This document shows positions 37,256-47,314 of a DNA stretch of 54,661 bases, piece after piece. A program made the position numbers and the translations under genes. This DNA comes from Spirochaetaceae bacterium. GTDB taxonomy: Bacteria > Spirochaetota > Spirochaetia > Treponematales > Breznakiellaceae. How positions within the stretch are numbered: position 1 is the first letter of the stretch; the number at the start of each line of letters is the position of its first letter. The stretch lies in contig JAIRPY010000129.1 of assembly GCA_031256905.1 (NCBI GenBank), positions 1-54,661 on the forward strand. The letters run 5' to 3'. The notes beneath the pieces are model-generated. The model did no database searches, had not been told where the DNA came from, and worked only from the letters and a program-made list of their open reading frames with translations.

Positions 37256-37494
37256 GCTTTTTCTTCCAAATCATCAATAACTATCGCCGATGCCTCCGAA
37301 GCAGAGGTACTTTCACTTTTTAGCCTATTATATAAAAATAGTAAAGAGAATTTTTTCCTCCCAGGTGAAGGATTTCTTCTGCCGGATAAAAATTCCGGCC
37401 CAACTCTCGCATTGGAAATTTAAATTATCGGAATACGGATTAAAGATATTTAGAAATTTACCGATCCTTATAAAAGAATATTAAGGAGGAGTGT

Positions 37495-39222
37495 ATGAAA
37501 CATCGTTTATTGATTGGTATGGCGGCGTTGTTATCCTTGGTTTCCTGCGGAGCCGGGACCAAAGACAGCGGAGCCGGAAGAGTTCAGGAACATACCGAAG
37601 GACTAAGCCCGGACCAACGGCTGACTCAGCCCTATACCGCGCCGGTACCGATTCATGTGGTGCTGGGCTATCGGGAATCCGAGGACCCCCTCACGCCCAA
37701 GGACCTCACCCCTGCCAAGGCTTACGCGGTTACAGCGGCAAAAGAAAAACTCAACATCGAACTTATCTATGATTGGGTGGTAAATACCGATCAGTTCAGC
37801 GCAAAGTTCGGCGCGGAACTGGCCGCCGGAAATTTGCCGGATATTATGCTCCTCGATCCCAATCAATTTGAGGATTTATATCAGCAAGGAGGCCTGGCAG
37901 ACCTCACCGAAGTGTGGAACGCCTACGCCAACGAGGGCCTTACCTTAATCAGCAACCATGACGGTCAGCTTTTAAACGCCGGCAAACGGGACGGCAAACT
38001 CTACGGCCTGCCCATGGCGACCTACAACGGCCAGCAAACTTCCCAAACTTACTACCGCATGGATTATCTCAAGAGCGTTGGGATCGAAGGGGAGGATCAG
38101 CTTCCTAAAAGCATAGCCGAATTCGAAGCCCTTTTGGATAAGCTGATGCAGACCGACTTTGACGGCGACGGCAAAACCGGAGGACCGGTTCTTCCGGCGG
38201 GTAACGGTTTTTACGGCGAAGGCTTGGGAGATTTCACCCCGGTGTTTAACGCGTATAACGCTTCTGCCACCGGATATATCGATGACGGAACCGGCCGGCT
38301 GGTCTTCGGCGGAACCCGGCAGGAAGTAGCCGACGCGCTTCGCAAACTCAACGAATGGTACGGCAAAGGCTATTTCGCCAAAGATTTTGCGGCCCAAAAC
38401 GTCTGGGCGGCGAGCAGTCCGATTATATCCGGTATTGTGGCAGGGAATTATCCCATCGTATTCGGGTCCTGGTGGATTCCCAATTGGCCCCTTAACATGA
38501 ATATCGACGGACAGTCCAACGCTGAATGGGCTATCGGTCCAAGCCTTACCGCCGACGGAGGCAAACCAAACGTATTCGTGGACCGCTATCCGGTCAATAA
38601 CTTCGTGGCGGTAAGTAAAAACTGTAAAAACCCCGAAGCGGTTTTAAAATTGATAAATATGTCCCTTTCCCTCAACGATTGGAGCCGCCCGGGCTGGGAA
38701 GAACAGGCCACGGAACAAGAAAAGATCAACAAACATTCGTACATTTACACGTGGCTTCCCTGGCGGGTGTATTCGCCTATTACTTTGGTGGATAACCAGC
38801 AATTCTTGAGCCGGTATGAACGGGAAGGCAAATTCGACCTTGCATCGATGGATCTTTCCGACGCGCCCAAAAACGACGAGTTCAACGGAGTGCTGACCAA
38901 TTACCTCAAGTGGCATTCCGGGGATCATTCGGGACCGGTGTGGGGTTGGTACTTCAGCCGGGTAGCCTCCAACGGCGGAGTGGCAAAAATGTACGACCTT
39001 TTCACCTCTGCAAATATTCACTACAACGAAGTTTTTGTCACCACTCCGGCTATTGTTTCCTATTCCGGGGAGCTGGGGCGCCTCTACAGCACCAGTATCA
39101 TCCAGATGATCATGGGAGATCAGCCCTTGAGCTATTTCGATACCTTAAAATCCCAATGGCTGAACCTCGGCGGACAGAAGATTCTAGACGAAGTGAATGC
39201 TTGGTACGCCGGCAATAAATAG
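37495..39222 (+). CDS. Extracellular solute-binding lipoprotein (large LplA-type sugar-binding protein)
   Basis: Lipobox ..LLSLVSCG, 575 aa, and an AGGAGG RBS. Two CUT1-type permeases follow. Confidence 0.8.
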   Translation: MKHRLLIGMAALLSLVSCGAGTKDSGAGRVQEHTEGLSPDQRLTQPYTAPVPIHVVLGYRESEDPLTPKDLTPAKAYAVTAAKEKLNIELIYDWVVNTDQFSAKFGAELAAGNLPDIMLLDPNQFEDLYQQGGLADLTEVWNAYANEGLTLISNHDGQLLNAGKRDGKLYGLPMATYNGQQTSQTYYRMDYLKSVGIEGEDQLPKSIAEFEALLDKLMQTDFDGDGKTGGPVLPAGNGFYGEGLGDFTPVFNAYNASATGYIDDGTGRLVFGGTRQEVADALRKLNEWYGKGYFAKDFAAQNVWAASSPIISGIVAGNYPIVFGSWWIPNWPLNMNIDGQSNAEWAIGPSLTADGGKPNVFVDRYPVNNFVAVSKNCKNPEAVLKLINMSLSLNDWSRPGWEEQATEQEKINKHSYIYTWLPWRVYSPITLVDNQQFLSRYEREGKFDLASMDLSDAPKNDEFNGVLTNYLKWHSGDHSGPVWGWYFSRVASNGGVAKMYDLFTSANIHYNEVFVTTPAIVSYSGELGRLYSTSIIQMIMGDQPLSYFDTLKSQWLNLGGQKILDEVNAWYAGNK

Positions 39223-39234
39223 CAAGGAAAGCAC

Positions 39235-40182
39235 ATGAATAAAGCTGAACAAGAAGCTCTGAAGGCCTGGCGCCGGGACTGCATGGCAAAACGGGCAAAA
39301 TTATCGGATTCCCGGGCCCTGCATCTCATGCTGATTCCCAGTGTGGCCTTTACGCTTATTTTTGCCTATCTCCCGTTGGGAGGTATTATTATGGCTTTTC
39401 AGGAGTTTAAGCCTTTACTGGGTTTTACGAAATCGAAGATGGTGGGCTTGAAACAGTTCAGCTATCTTTTTTCCATGCCCGGTTTTTGGGACGCTCTGCG
39501 GAACACGTTTATCATCGCGTTTTTCAAAATTCTTCTGAGCATCCTCGTTCCTTTGATTCTTTCCCTCGCTTTGAACGAAATAATGTCCCGGCTTTTCAAA
39601 CGGTTTGTGCAAACCGTGGTGTTTATTCCGTACTTTTTCTCTTGGGCGATCTTGGGAGGCCTTATTCTTGAAATTTTCGGTATAACCGGGGTTATAAACC
39701 AAGCAGTTATCGCCCTGGGCGGAGAAGCGACGCCGTTTCTCATCAGTAACAAGTATTTCAGGCCGATTATCATCGCCACGGACGTCTGGAAAGGCATGGG
39801 CTACAACACAGTGCTGTTCCTCGCGGCGATTACTAACATCGACCCGACTCTCTACGAATCCGCTATGGTGGACGGCGCGGGCCGAGTCAAACAGCTTTTT
39901 GCCATTACCCTTCCGTCTATCGCGCCGATGATTATCCTGCTTACCATCTTGGGTCTGGGGGGAATTCTCAACGCCGGCTTCGAGCAGGTGCTGATCCTCA
40001 AAAACCCCGTCGTGGACCGTACCGTAGATATTATCGATACCTTCGTGTACCGGCTGGGTATTATTTCAACCCAATATTCGGCCGCGGCCGCGGCCGGGCT
40101 GTTCAAGAGCCTGGTGGCCCTGATCTTTGTGGGAGCTTCGTACTATGCCGCTCACAAAACTACCGATTACCGGGTCTTCTAA
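39235..40182 (+). CDS. Sugar ABC transporter permease (LplB-type)
   Basis: Six TM helices, with the EAA loop ..YESAMVDGAGRVKQLFAITLP... Confidence 0.85.
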   Translation: MNKAEQEALKAWRRDCMAKRAKLSDSRALHLMLIPSVAFTLIFAYLPLGGIIMAFQEFKPLLGFTKSKMVGLKQFSYLFSMPGFWDALRNTFIIAFFKILLSILVPLILSLALNEIMSRLFKRFVQTVVFIPYFFSWAILGGLILEIFGITGVINQAVIALGGEATPFLISNKYFRPIIIATDVWKGMGYNTVLFLAAITNIDPTLYESAMVDGAGRVKQLFAITLPSIAPMIILLTILGLGGILNAGFEQVLILKNPVVDRTVDIIDTFVYRLGIISTQYSAAAAAGLFKSLVALIFVGASYYAAHKTTDYRVF

Positions 40183-40233
40183 GGGACCCGATATAAAGGC
40201 CGGGGAAAACCCGGCCTTTATTAAGGAGAGAAC

Positions 40234-41127
40234 ATGAGGATAAAAGAACCTTTTTCCCGGCAGGCTTTCACGGCGGTGAATTACTGTTTTTTGTCCCTGG
40301 TGGCTTTAAGCTGTATTTTCCCGATTCTGCACATTTTAGCCTTATCTTTGAGTTCCAACCAAGCGGCCATGGCCGGCCAAGTGGTTTTGTTTCCGGTGGA
40401 TTTTTCCTTGGCCGCGTACAAGTACCTGATTATTAAGCGGGATTTTTTTGCGGCGGTGTACATTTCGTTTTGGCGGGTTTTGGCGGGCCTGGGGGTCAAT
40501 ATGCTTTTTATCGTTATTACGGCCTATCCGCTGTCCAAGTCGGTTTTGGATTTTCCGTACCGTACCGTTTACATCGTCTTTTTTGCAATTACTATGTTTA
40601 TAGGCGGCGGACTGATTCCAACGTACATGGTGATTAAAAACATGGGCCTGCTTAATAACTTTTGGGTGTTGATTCTTCCCGGCGCGGTGAATATTTGGTC
40701 GGTGATTATCATGATGAATTTCATGCGGAGTTCTATTCCCCAGGCTATTGAAGAAGCCGCGGCCGTGGATGGCGCGGGGCATTGGCGTACTTTATTTATG
40801 GTGGTTTTGCCTATGTCCGGGCCGAGTCTGGCTTCTTTGGGGCTTTTTACTATGATTGGGCATTGGAATGCTTGGTTTGACGGAATGTTCTACATGAATA
40901 ACCCGAACAACTACCCCATGGCGACTTACCTCGCAACCCAAATTATGAGTAACAACCAAAATATGACTAACATGACCCCGGAGCAACTAGCTCAGCTTGT
41001 GCTTTTGAGCGAGCGGACCGTACGGGCGGCCCAGCTTTTCATTTCGATTATACCCATTCTCGTGATTTACCCGTTCCTCCAGCGGTTTTTTGTGAAAGGC
41101 ATCGTGGTAGGGTCGGTAAAAGGGTAA
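40234..41127 (+). CDS. Carbohydrate ABC transporter permease (LplC-type)
   Basis: Six TM helices, with the EAA loop ..EEAAAVDGAGHWRTLFMVVLP... Confidence 0.85.
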   Translation: MRIKEPFSRQAFTAVNYCFLSLVALSCIFPILHILALSLSSNQAAMAGQVVLFPVDFSLAAYKYLIIKRDFFAAVYISFWRVLAGLGVNMLFIVITAYPLSKSVLDFPYRTVYIVFFAITMFIGGGLIPTYMVIKNMGLLNNFWVLILPGAVNIWSVIIMMNFMRSSIPQAIEEAAAVDGAGHWRTLFMVVLPMSGPSLASLGLFTMIGHWNAWFDGMFYMNNPNNYPMATYLATQIMSNNQNMTNMTPEQLAQLVLLSERTVRAAQLFISIIPILVIYPFLQRFFVKGIVVGSVKG

Positions 41128-41167
41128 GGTTATTGCCAAATATTTCTCTTCAAGATACTTTAAAAAT

Positions 41168-44100
41168 GTGGAAAAGATACAGCGAGTGTATGTGGAAAAA
41201 AAGCCGGGTTTTGACCTTGAAGCCCGGCGTCTTCAGGCGGAATTGGCCATGTTTCTTGGTTCCGCCTTGGCCGGCCTGCGGATTCTCCAGCGGTATGATG
41301 TGGCAGGCCTAACCCGGGAGGGTTTCGGGCAGGCGGTGCAGGCGGTTTTCGCAGAACCCTCCGGGGATCAGATTTTTCTTTGTGAAGCCGTCCCCGGGGG
41401 TCCTAAGGAGCAAGTCTTCGGCGTGGAATTTCTTCCCGGGCAATACGATCAGCGCAGAAATTCCGCCGAGGAATGCATCGAACTCATTCTGGGGGTCAAG
41501 CCGGCGGTAAGAACCGCCCGGATTTTCCTCCTTCGGGGGGATAAGCCCCTTTCGGAAAGGGCCTTAAACGAAGTAAAGGGGTATCTCATAAATCCCGTGG
41601 ATTCCCGGGAGGCTTCCCTGGCCCTGCCGGATTCGCTGGAAGAACCGCCGCCGGAGCCCCAGGACATCCCAATCCTTACCGGCTTTTCCCGAGCTTCTCC
41701 GGCGGAACTGGCGGAAATCTCTGGGTCCTTGGGTCTTACCTTGGCGGACCTGCTTTTTTGCCAGGGCCATTTCGCCGCCCTCGGCCGGGACCCTACCCTG
41801 GCGGAACTTCGCATTCTCGGCGTTTATTGGTCGGATCACTGCCGGCACAGTACGTTTACTACGGCTCTGGACATTGAAGTTTCGGAATCTTTGGGCCGGG
41901 CCTTTGACCTTTACGAGAGGGCCCGGAAGGCGGTGTATTCGGATCCGCCGCCGTATTCGCTTATGGATCTGGCTACCATCGGCGCGAAATTTCTAAAAAA
42001 GCAGGGCCTTTTGCCGGATGGAGACGAATCGAAGGAAATGAACGCGGCCGCTATTAAGATTCGGGGGGAATTTAAAGATTCCCCGGCGGAAGACTGGCTT
42101 CTTCTTTTCAAAAACGAAACCCATAATCATCCGACGGAAATTGAGCCTTTTGGAGGCGCGGCGACCTGTTTAGGCGGCGCGATCCGGGACCCCCTTTCGG
42201 GCAGAGCTTACGGGTATCAGGCCCTGCGGATTTCCGGGGGCGGCGACCCCAGACAGGCCTGGGCCGAAACTCTGCCGGGGAAAGTGCCGCAACTTAAACT
42301 GGCCCGGGAATCTGCCCGGGGATTTTCTTCTTACGGCAACCAAATCGGCATCGCCACGGGCCTTGTGGCTGAATTTTATCACCCCGGATTTATTGCGAAA
42401 CGGCTTGAATTAGGCGCGGTTATCGGCGCGGTCCCGGCGGGGCAGGTTCAACGGGCAAGCCCTCGGCCGGGAGATGCGGTAATTCTCGTCGGAGGGAAAA
42501 CCGGCCGAGACGGCATCGGAGGCGCCACGGGCTCATCCCAAGTTCACACCAACGAATCGGTACGAAAATCCGGCGCGGAAGTCCAAAAAGGAAATCCCGT
42601 GGAAGAACGAAAACTCCAACGCCTTTTCCGAAACCCCCAAGCGGCAAAACTTATCAAGCGATGTAACGACTTCGGCGCGGGCGGCGCGGCCGTCGCGGTG
42701 GGGGAACTCGCTCCGGGAGTCGAAATAACCCTCGAGGCCATGCCGAAAAAATATGCCGGCCTGGACGGCCTCGAGCTGGCGATTTCGGAATCCCAAGAAC
42801 GCCTGGCTGTGGTGGTTTCGCCGGAACACACAGAAAGGTTTATCCATCTGGCGGCCCAGGAAAACCTCGAAGCTACGGTCCTAGCCAAGATCACCGATGG
42901 AGACGAGGCCGAACCGGAAAGCTACTCCCCCAAGGATCCCGATGCAGGCCCCCATCTCCGGTTCCTTTGGCGCGGAAAGGTCCTGGCCGATCTTTCCCGG
43001 CAATTCTTGAATTCTAACGGCCCGGCCCGCTCGGCTAAGGTTCGCCTTCCTTCTTTTTCTGCTCCTTCTTCTCCTGAAAAGGCAGAAATGCCCCTCCCGA
43101 ACCTTATCGAGGAATTGGGGTCCCTGCGGTCTGGGAGCCGCCGGGGTTTGCAGGAACGCTTCGATGGGTCTATCGGCGGGGGGTCGGTTCTGTTTCCTTT
43201 TGGGGGGGCCGAGCAAGGGACTCCCGAATGCGGGATGGCGGCTTTGCTTCCCAGCCTTGAGAAGGAGAGCCTTACGGCCAGTCTGGGGACCTTTGGTTAT
43301 GACCTGGAATCTAATCCCTACGAAGCCGGGAAAGGCGCGGTTCGGGAGGCCCTAGCTAAATTTGCGTGTCTCGGAGGGAATCCCTGGAAGTGCCGGCTTT
43401 CTCTTCAGGAGTATTTTCCCCGGCCGGAAAGTCCGGAGGCCTGGGGCCTGCCGGGGGCCGCGCTTTTGGGGGCCCTGGAAGCTCAGCTTAGGCTGGAAGT
43501 GCCGGCTATCGGGGGGAAGGATTCTATGTCCGGCACGTATCGGGGGGAGGCCGGGGACTGGACCGTACCGCCGACGCTGATCGCTTTTGGGATGGGAACC
43601 CTTCGGGCCGAGAAGGTTCGGTCCGGCGCGCTCACCGGGGCCCCGGGGATGGATATTATTCTTTTGCATCAGTCCGGGGCCGAGGAATGGGAAGTTTTCA
43701 AAAAGAACATGAATACCCTGATCCGCCTTGGAGAGGCCGGGCTGGTTCGGGCGGCTTATCCGGTAGGCCCTGGGGGCCTGGCCCCGACCCTGGCGGTTAT
43801 GGCCTTCGGTAACCTGACCGGAGTTGAAGTTCTGACGGACCTGGGGTATCTGCCTCGGGGTTCGGTATTGGCGGAGCTTCAGCCCTCGGCCTCTGGGGAG
43901 GCTATTCTTGCTTCGGCCGGAGCTTGGGTTAAGGCGGCCGAGACTCTGGCGGAACCGGTCCTTCGGCTTAGGGGAGAAACCTTTTCTTTGGCGGCCCTTC
44001 GGGAGATTTATGAATCTCCCTTGGGGCAGGTTTATCCCCAAACTTCCGGGGCTTCTTCGGTCCTGCCGGTTCTGCCCCGCCGGGTTGGGCGGTCTCATCC

Positions 44101-44914
44101 GAGGATTCGCTTCGGCCTTCCTTTGACTATTTTACCCGTCTTTCCGGGAACTAATTGCGAATGGGACCTGGAACGGGCCTTTCGCCGGGCCGGAGGGAAG
44201 ACTCGGATGCTTATTTTTAGGAACAGGACCCGGGAGGATCTTCAGGAATCTTTGCGGGAATTGGCCCAGGCTATAGGGGAGGCCCAGATTATTGCTTTGG
44301 CCGGGGGATTCAGCGCGGGGGATGAGCCGGATGGTTCGGGCAAGTTTATAGCCAATGTTTTGCGTTCCCCGGCGGTGCAGGAGGCGGTGCTGGATTTTCT
44401 TGAAAATCGGAAGGGCCTTATTCTCGGCATCTGCAATGGGTTTCAGGCCCTTATCAAGACGGGCCTGGTGCCTTATGGCGAGTATCGGCCGGGGCCGGGG
44501 CCGGGGCCGACTCTGACCTTTAACCATCTGGGAAGGCACATTTCCCGGATGGTTCGCACGACGGTTATGTCCACGGTTTCGCCTTGGCTGGCCCTGGAAG
44601 AAGTAGGGGCGGTTCATATCCTTCCGGTGAGTCATGGCGAAGGGCGTTTGGTAATAGACCCGGCCGAAGGAGCCGGGCTTTTTCAGGCCGGACAAGTTCC
44701 CTTTTGCTACGCCGATGCCCAGGGGAATCCGGCCGGGACGGAACCGGATAATCCAAACGGCTCGGCCCTGGGAATCGAAGCTCTGGCCAGTCCAGAAGGC
44801 CGAATTTTAGGTAAAATGGCCCATTCCGAGCGGTTCGGCGAGTTCGTTCACATCAACATCCCCGGAAATAAACATCAACGGATCTTTGAAGCCGGAATCC
44901 GCTACTTTTCTTGA
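41168..44914 (+). CDS. purL: Phosphoribosylformylglycinamidine synthase, single-chain large form
   Basis: 1248 aa with N-terminal ..VYVEKKPGFD.., PurM-like repeats (..ETHNHPT.IEPF.GA.T..GG.IRD..), and a C-terminal GATase (..GICNGFQAL.. , ..SHGEGR..). GTG start. Confidence 0.9.
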   Translation: MEKIQRVYVEKKPGFDLEARRLQAELAMFLGSALAGLRILQRYDVAGLTREGFGQAVQAVFAEPSGDQIFLCEAVPGGPKEQVFGVEFLPGQYDQRRNSAEECIELILGVKPAVRTARIFLLRGDKPLSERALNEVKGYLINPVDSREASLALPDSLEEPPPEPQDIPILTGFSRASPAELAEISGSLGLTLADLLFCQGHFAALGRDPTLAELRILGVYWSDHCRHSTFTTALDIEVSESLGRAFDLYERARKAVYSDPPPYSLMDLATIGAKFLKKQGLLPDGDESKEMNAAAIKIRGEFKDSPAEDWLLLFKNETHNHPTEIEPFGGAATCLGGAIRDPLSGRAYGYQALRISGGGDPRQAWAETLPGKVPQLKLARESARGFSSYGNQIGIATGLVAEFYHPGFIAKRLELGAVIGAVPAGQVQRASPRPGDAVILVGGKTGRDGIGGATGSSQVHTNESVRKSGAEVQKGNPVEERKLQRLFRNPQAAKLIKRCNDFGAGGAAVAVGELAPGVEITLEAMPKKYAGLDGLELAISESQERLAVVVSPEHTERFIHLAAQENLEATVLAKITDGDEAEPESYSPKDPDAGPHLRFLWRGKVLADLSRQFLNSNGPARSAKVRLPSFSAPSSPEKAEMPLPNLIEELGSLRSGSRRGLQERFDGSIGGGSVLFPFGGAEQGTPECGMAALLPSLEKESLTASLGTFGYDLESNPYEAGKGAVREALAKFACLGGNPWKCRLSLQEYFPRPESPEAWGLPGAALLGALEAQLRLEVPAIGGKDSMSGTYRGEAGDWTVPPTLIAFGMGTLRAEKVRSGALTGAPGMDIILLHQSGAEEWEVFKKNMNTLIRLGEAGLVRAAYPVGPGGLAPTLAVMAFGNLTGVEVLTDLGYLPRGSVLAELQPSASGEAILASAGAWVKAAETLAEPVLRLRGETFSLAALREIYESPLGQVYPQTSGASSVLPVLPRRVGRSHPRIRFGLPLTILPVFPGTNCEWDLERAFRRAGGKTRMLIFRNRTREDLQESLRELAQAIGEAQIIALAGGFSAGDEPDGSGKFIANVLRSPAVQEAVLDFLENRKGLILGICNGFQALIKTGLVPYGEYRPGPGPGPTLTFNHLGRHISRMVRTTVMSTVSPWLALEEVGAVHILPVSHGEGRLVIDPAEGAGLFQAGQVPFCYADAQGNPAGTEPDNPNGSALGIEALASPEGRILGKMAHSERFGEFVHINIPGNKHQRIFEAGIRYFS

Positions 44915-45193
44915 AGGACCCTAGACTTTCCCAGCAGGGCCCTAGACTTTCCCAGCAGGGCCCTAACTCTTCCCGGCATGGCCTTAATCTTTCCCGGAAT
45001 GGCCTTAAACCTTCCCGGAATGGCCTTAGACTTTCCCGGAATGGCCTTAAACCTTCCCGGCAGGGCCTTAAACCTTCCCGGCAGGGCCTTAGACTTTCCC
45101 GGCATGGCCTTAGACTTTCCCGGAATGGCCCTAATCTTTCCCGGCATGGCCTTAATCTTTCCCGGAATGGCCTTAAACCTTCCCGGCATGGCC
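44915..45193. repeat. Tandem repeat array C: 13 exact-register 21-bp units plus a partial unit (ATGGCCTTAAACCTTCCCGGM)
   Basis: Unit starts fall at 44915+21n through 45167, with no indels. The array starts 1 nt after the purL stop. It runs into the last codons and the stop (45173-45175) of the convergent helicase gene. Confidence 0.97.
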
Positions 45194-47212
45194 GGCAGGG
45201 CCCGCCCGGAAGCGGTTTTTCATCATGGCGAAGAAGCGTTCCGCTTCGGCGGGGGCGGTTTCGAGTTCCGGCTCTTCTTCCCGGTACTCGACGAGATGCT
45301 CCGGGATTTCCGCGAGGAACGGCGAGGGCAGACATTCCCCGGAGGACTGAAGCCTCCGGCGGTTCAGACAGCTGGTGATAACCAGTTTGTCCCGGGCCCG
45401 GGTAATCGCCACGTAGAAGAGCCGCCGTTCCTCTTCGATGCCTCCGGCGTCGTCTTCGAGGCTTCGGGCGTGGGGGATGATGCCGTCTTCCGCGCCCGCG
45501 ATAAACACCACCGGAAACTCAAGCCCTTTGGCCGCGTGAATCGTCATCAGGTTGACTTTGCCTTTATCGCTGTCATCGCCGTCGTCCCGGGAGAGCAGGC
45601 TGATCCGGTTCAGGTAAGGATACAGGGTCGGATCAAGATTGTCCGGGTCTCGCTCCCAAACCTCGATGGACTGAATCAGAGAGCCGATATTCCCAAACTT
45701 CCACCGCGCGGCTTTTTCGTTTTTGCTGTATTCCGCGACTAAATATCCCCAGTAATCGATTTCGTCTACCATAGCTCTGACTTTTTGCGAAAGCCCTCGG
45801 CGTCCTAACATTCCTTCCCGCAGATTTTCGATGAGGGTCATAAAATCGTCCAGTTCCTGTTTGGCGGTTTCCTGAAAGAGCGTGTCTTGGGCGTATCTCT
45901 GCCCGGCCATTGCGTCCCAGAGGGAAGAGCCGTTCTTTTTGGCGATATCCGAAATCCCGGCGATCGCGGTTTTCCCGATGCCTCTGCGGGGGGTGTTGAT
46001 AATCCGCAGGAGATTTACATCATCCTGAGTATTCCCGATTACCCGCAGGTAAGACAGCACATCTTTTATTTCTTTGCGCTGAAAAAAACTTGTGCCGCCG
46101 GAAACTTGGTACGGAATATTTTCCGCGAGAAAGGCTTCTTCCAAATTCCGGATCAGCGAGTTGGTTCGGATAAGCACTCCGAAATCGTCGTATTTGAGTT
46201 TATAATGTTCCCGGAACCGGATTTTTTTTATTTCCCCGGCGATGAATTCGGCTTCTTCGGTTTCGTTTTGGGGCGTGTAGATTTCGATAGGTTTTCCGCC
46301 CCGGTTTCCGGACCAGAGGGTTTTTTCTTTCCGGTTGGTGTTGTTTGAGATTACGCCGTTTGCGGCTTCGAGGATAGTCGAAGTCGAGCGGTAATTCTGT
46401 TCGAGTTTAATCTCGATAGTTCCGGGGAAATCCCGCTCGAACAGGAGGATATTTTCGTAGTTTGCGCCCCGCCAAGAGTAGATTGACTGGTCGTCGTCGC
46501 CTACGACGCAGACGTTGCGGTCTGCTAAGAGCCGCAGGAGCCGGTATTGGGTGAAGCTGGTGTCCTGAAACTCGTCAACCATAAGGTAGCGGTATCTGCG
46601 GCGGTATTTTTCGAGGATTTCCGGGAAGGTTTCAAAGAGTTCGATAGGAATTACCAGCAAGTCGTCGAAGTCGAGGGCGTTGAAGACCTTGAGGCTCTGC
46701 TGATACGCGGCGTAGACCGGCTCGAAGGCTGAATCCGCGCCGTTTCCCCAGCGGAGTCTGCCGATTTTTATGTTTGAGAAGAGCTGACCCAAGGCGTAGA
46801 GGTCGGTTTTTTCGGCGGAGAGCTTACATTCCCGGAGGCTTTCTTTGATGAGTTCGGTTCGGTCGGTTTCGTCGTAGATTGAAAAGTTTTTTCGGTATCC
46901 GAGGTTTTCGATTTCGTCCCGCAGGATTTTGACGCCGAAGGCGTGGAAGGTATTGATTGCGAGGTTTTGGAGTTTTCTGCGGGTGCGTTCTTTGATTCGC
47001 TGTTCCATTTCTTTTGCGGCTTTATTGGTGAAGGTGAGGGCGAGGATCGCCGATTGGGGGATGCCTTGTTCGAGCATATACGCGATGCGGTAAGTGATGA
47101 CTCTGGTTTTCCCGGACCCCGCGCCGGCTATGATGAGTATCGGACCGTCGATGCTTTTGACGGCTTGTATCTGTTTTTCGTTCAGCTCCGCGGAAAAATC
47201 GATCTGTCCCAT
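45173..47212 (-). CDS. ATP-dependent DNA helicase, PcrA/UvrD/Rep family (SF1)
   Basis: Motif I ..AGAGSGKT.., ..VDEFQDT.., ..GDDDQSIYSWRGA.., ..NYRST.. and ..T.H..KGLEF..VF..G.. motifs. Confidence 0.9.
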   Translation of the reverse strand: MGQIDFSAELNEKQIQAVKSIDGPILIIAGAGSGKTRVITYRIAYMLEQGIPQSAILALTFTNKAAKEMEQRIKERTRRKLQNLAINTFHAFGVKILRDEIENLGYRKNFSIYDETDRTELIKESLRECKLSAEKTDLYALGQLFSNIKIGRLRWGNGADSAFEPVYAAYQQSLKVFNALDFDDLLVIPIELFETFPEILEKYRRRYRYLMVDEFQDTSFTQYRLLRLLADRNVCVVGDDDQSIYSWRGANYENILLFERDFPGTIEIKLEQNYRSTSTILEAANGVISNNTNRKEKTLWSGNRGGKPIEIYTPQNETEEAEFIAGEIKKIRFREHYKLKYDDFGVLIRTNSLIRNLEEAFLAENIPYQVSGGTSFFQRKEIKDVLSYLRVIGNTQDDVNLLRIINTPRRGIGKTAIAGISDIAKKNGSSLWDAMAGQRYAQDTLFQETAKQELDDFMTLIENLREGMLGRRGLSQKVRAMVDEIDYWGYLVAEYSKNEKAARWKFGNIGSLIQSIEVWERDPDNLDPTLYPYLNRISLLSRDDGDDSDKGKVNLMTIHAAKGLEFPVVFIAGAEDGIIPHARSLEDDAGGIEEERRLFYVAITRARDKLVITSCLNRRRLQSSGECLPSPFLAEIPEHLVEYREEEPELETAPAEAERFFAMMKNRFRAGPAGHAGKV

Positions 47213-47314
47213 ATCCTGTAGTATACGGATACTAAAACTAAATACAAGCCGTTCCCGCAGACCCTCCGCGCCGGGGCGGACCGTTTTCCCTTTCCCCCGA
47301 TTTTTTTAAACTTT

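Noticed and set aside
44853-45742. Four overlapping ORFs (44853..45335-, 44902..45189-, 44911..45378+, 44978..45742+) encoding heptad-repeat peptides across array C.
   Set aside because: They are open only because the 21-bp unit lacks stop codons in four of six frames. They have no RBS, they overlap each other on both strands, and beyond the array they run antisense to the helicase gene. They are repeat artefacts, not genes.
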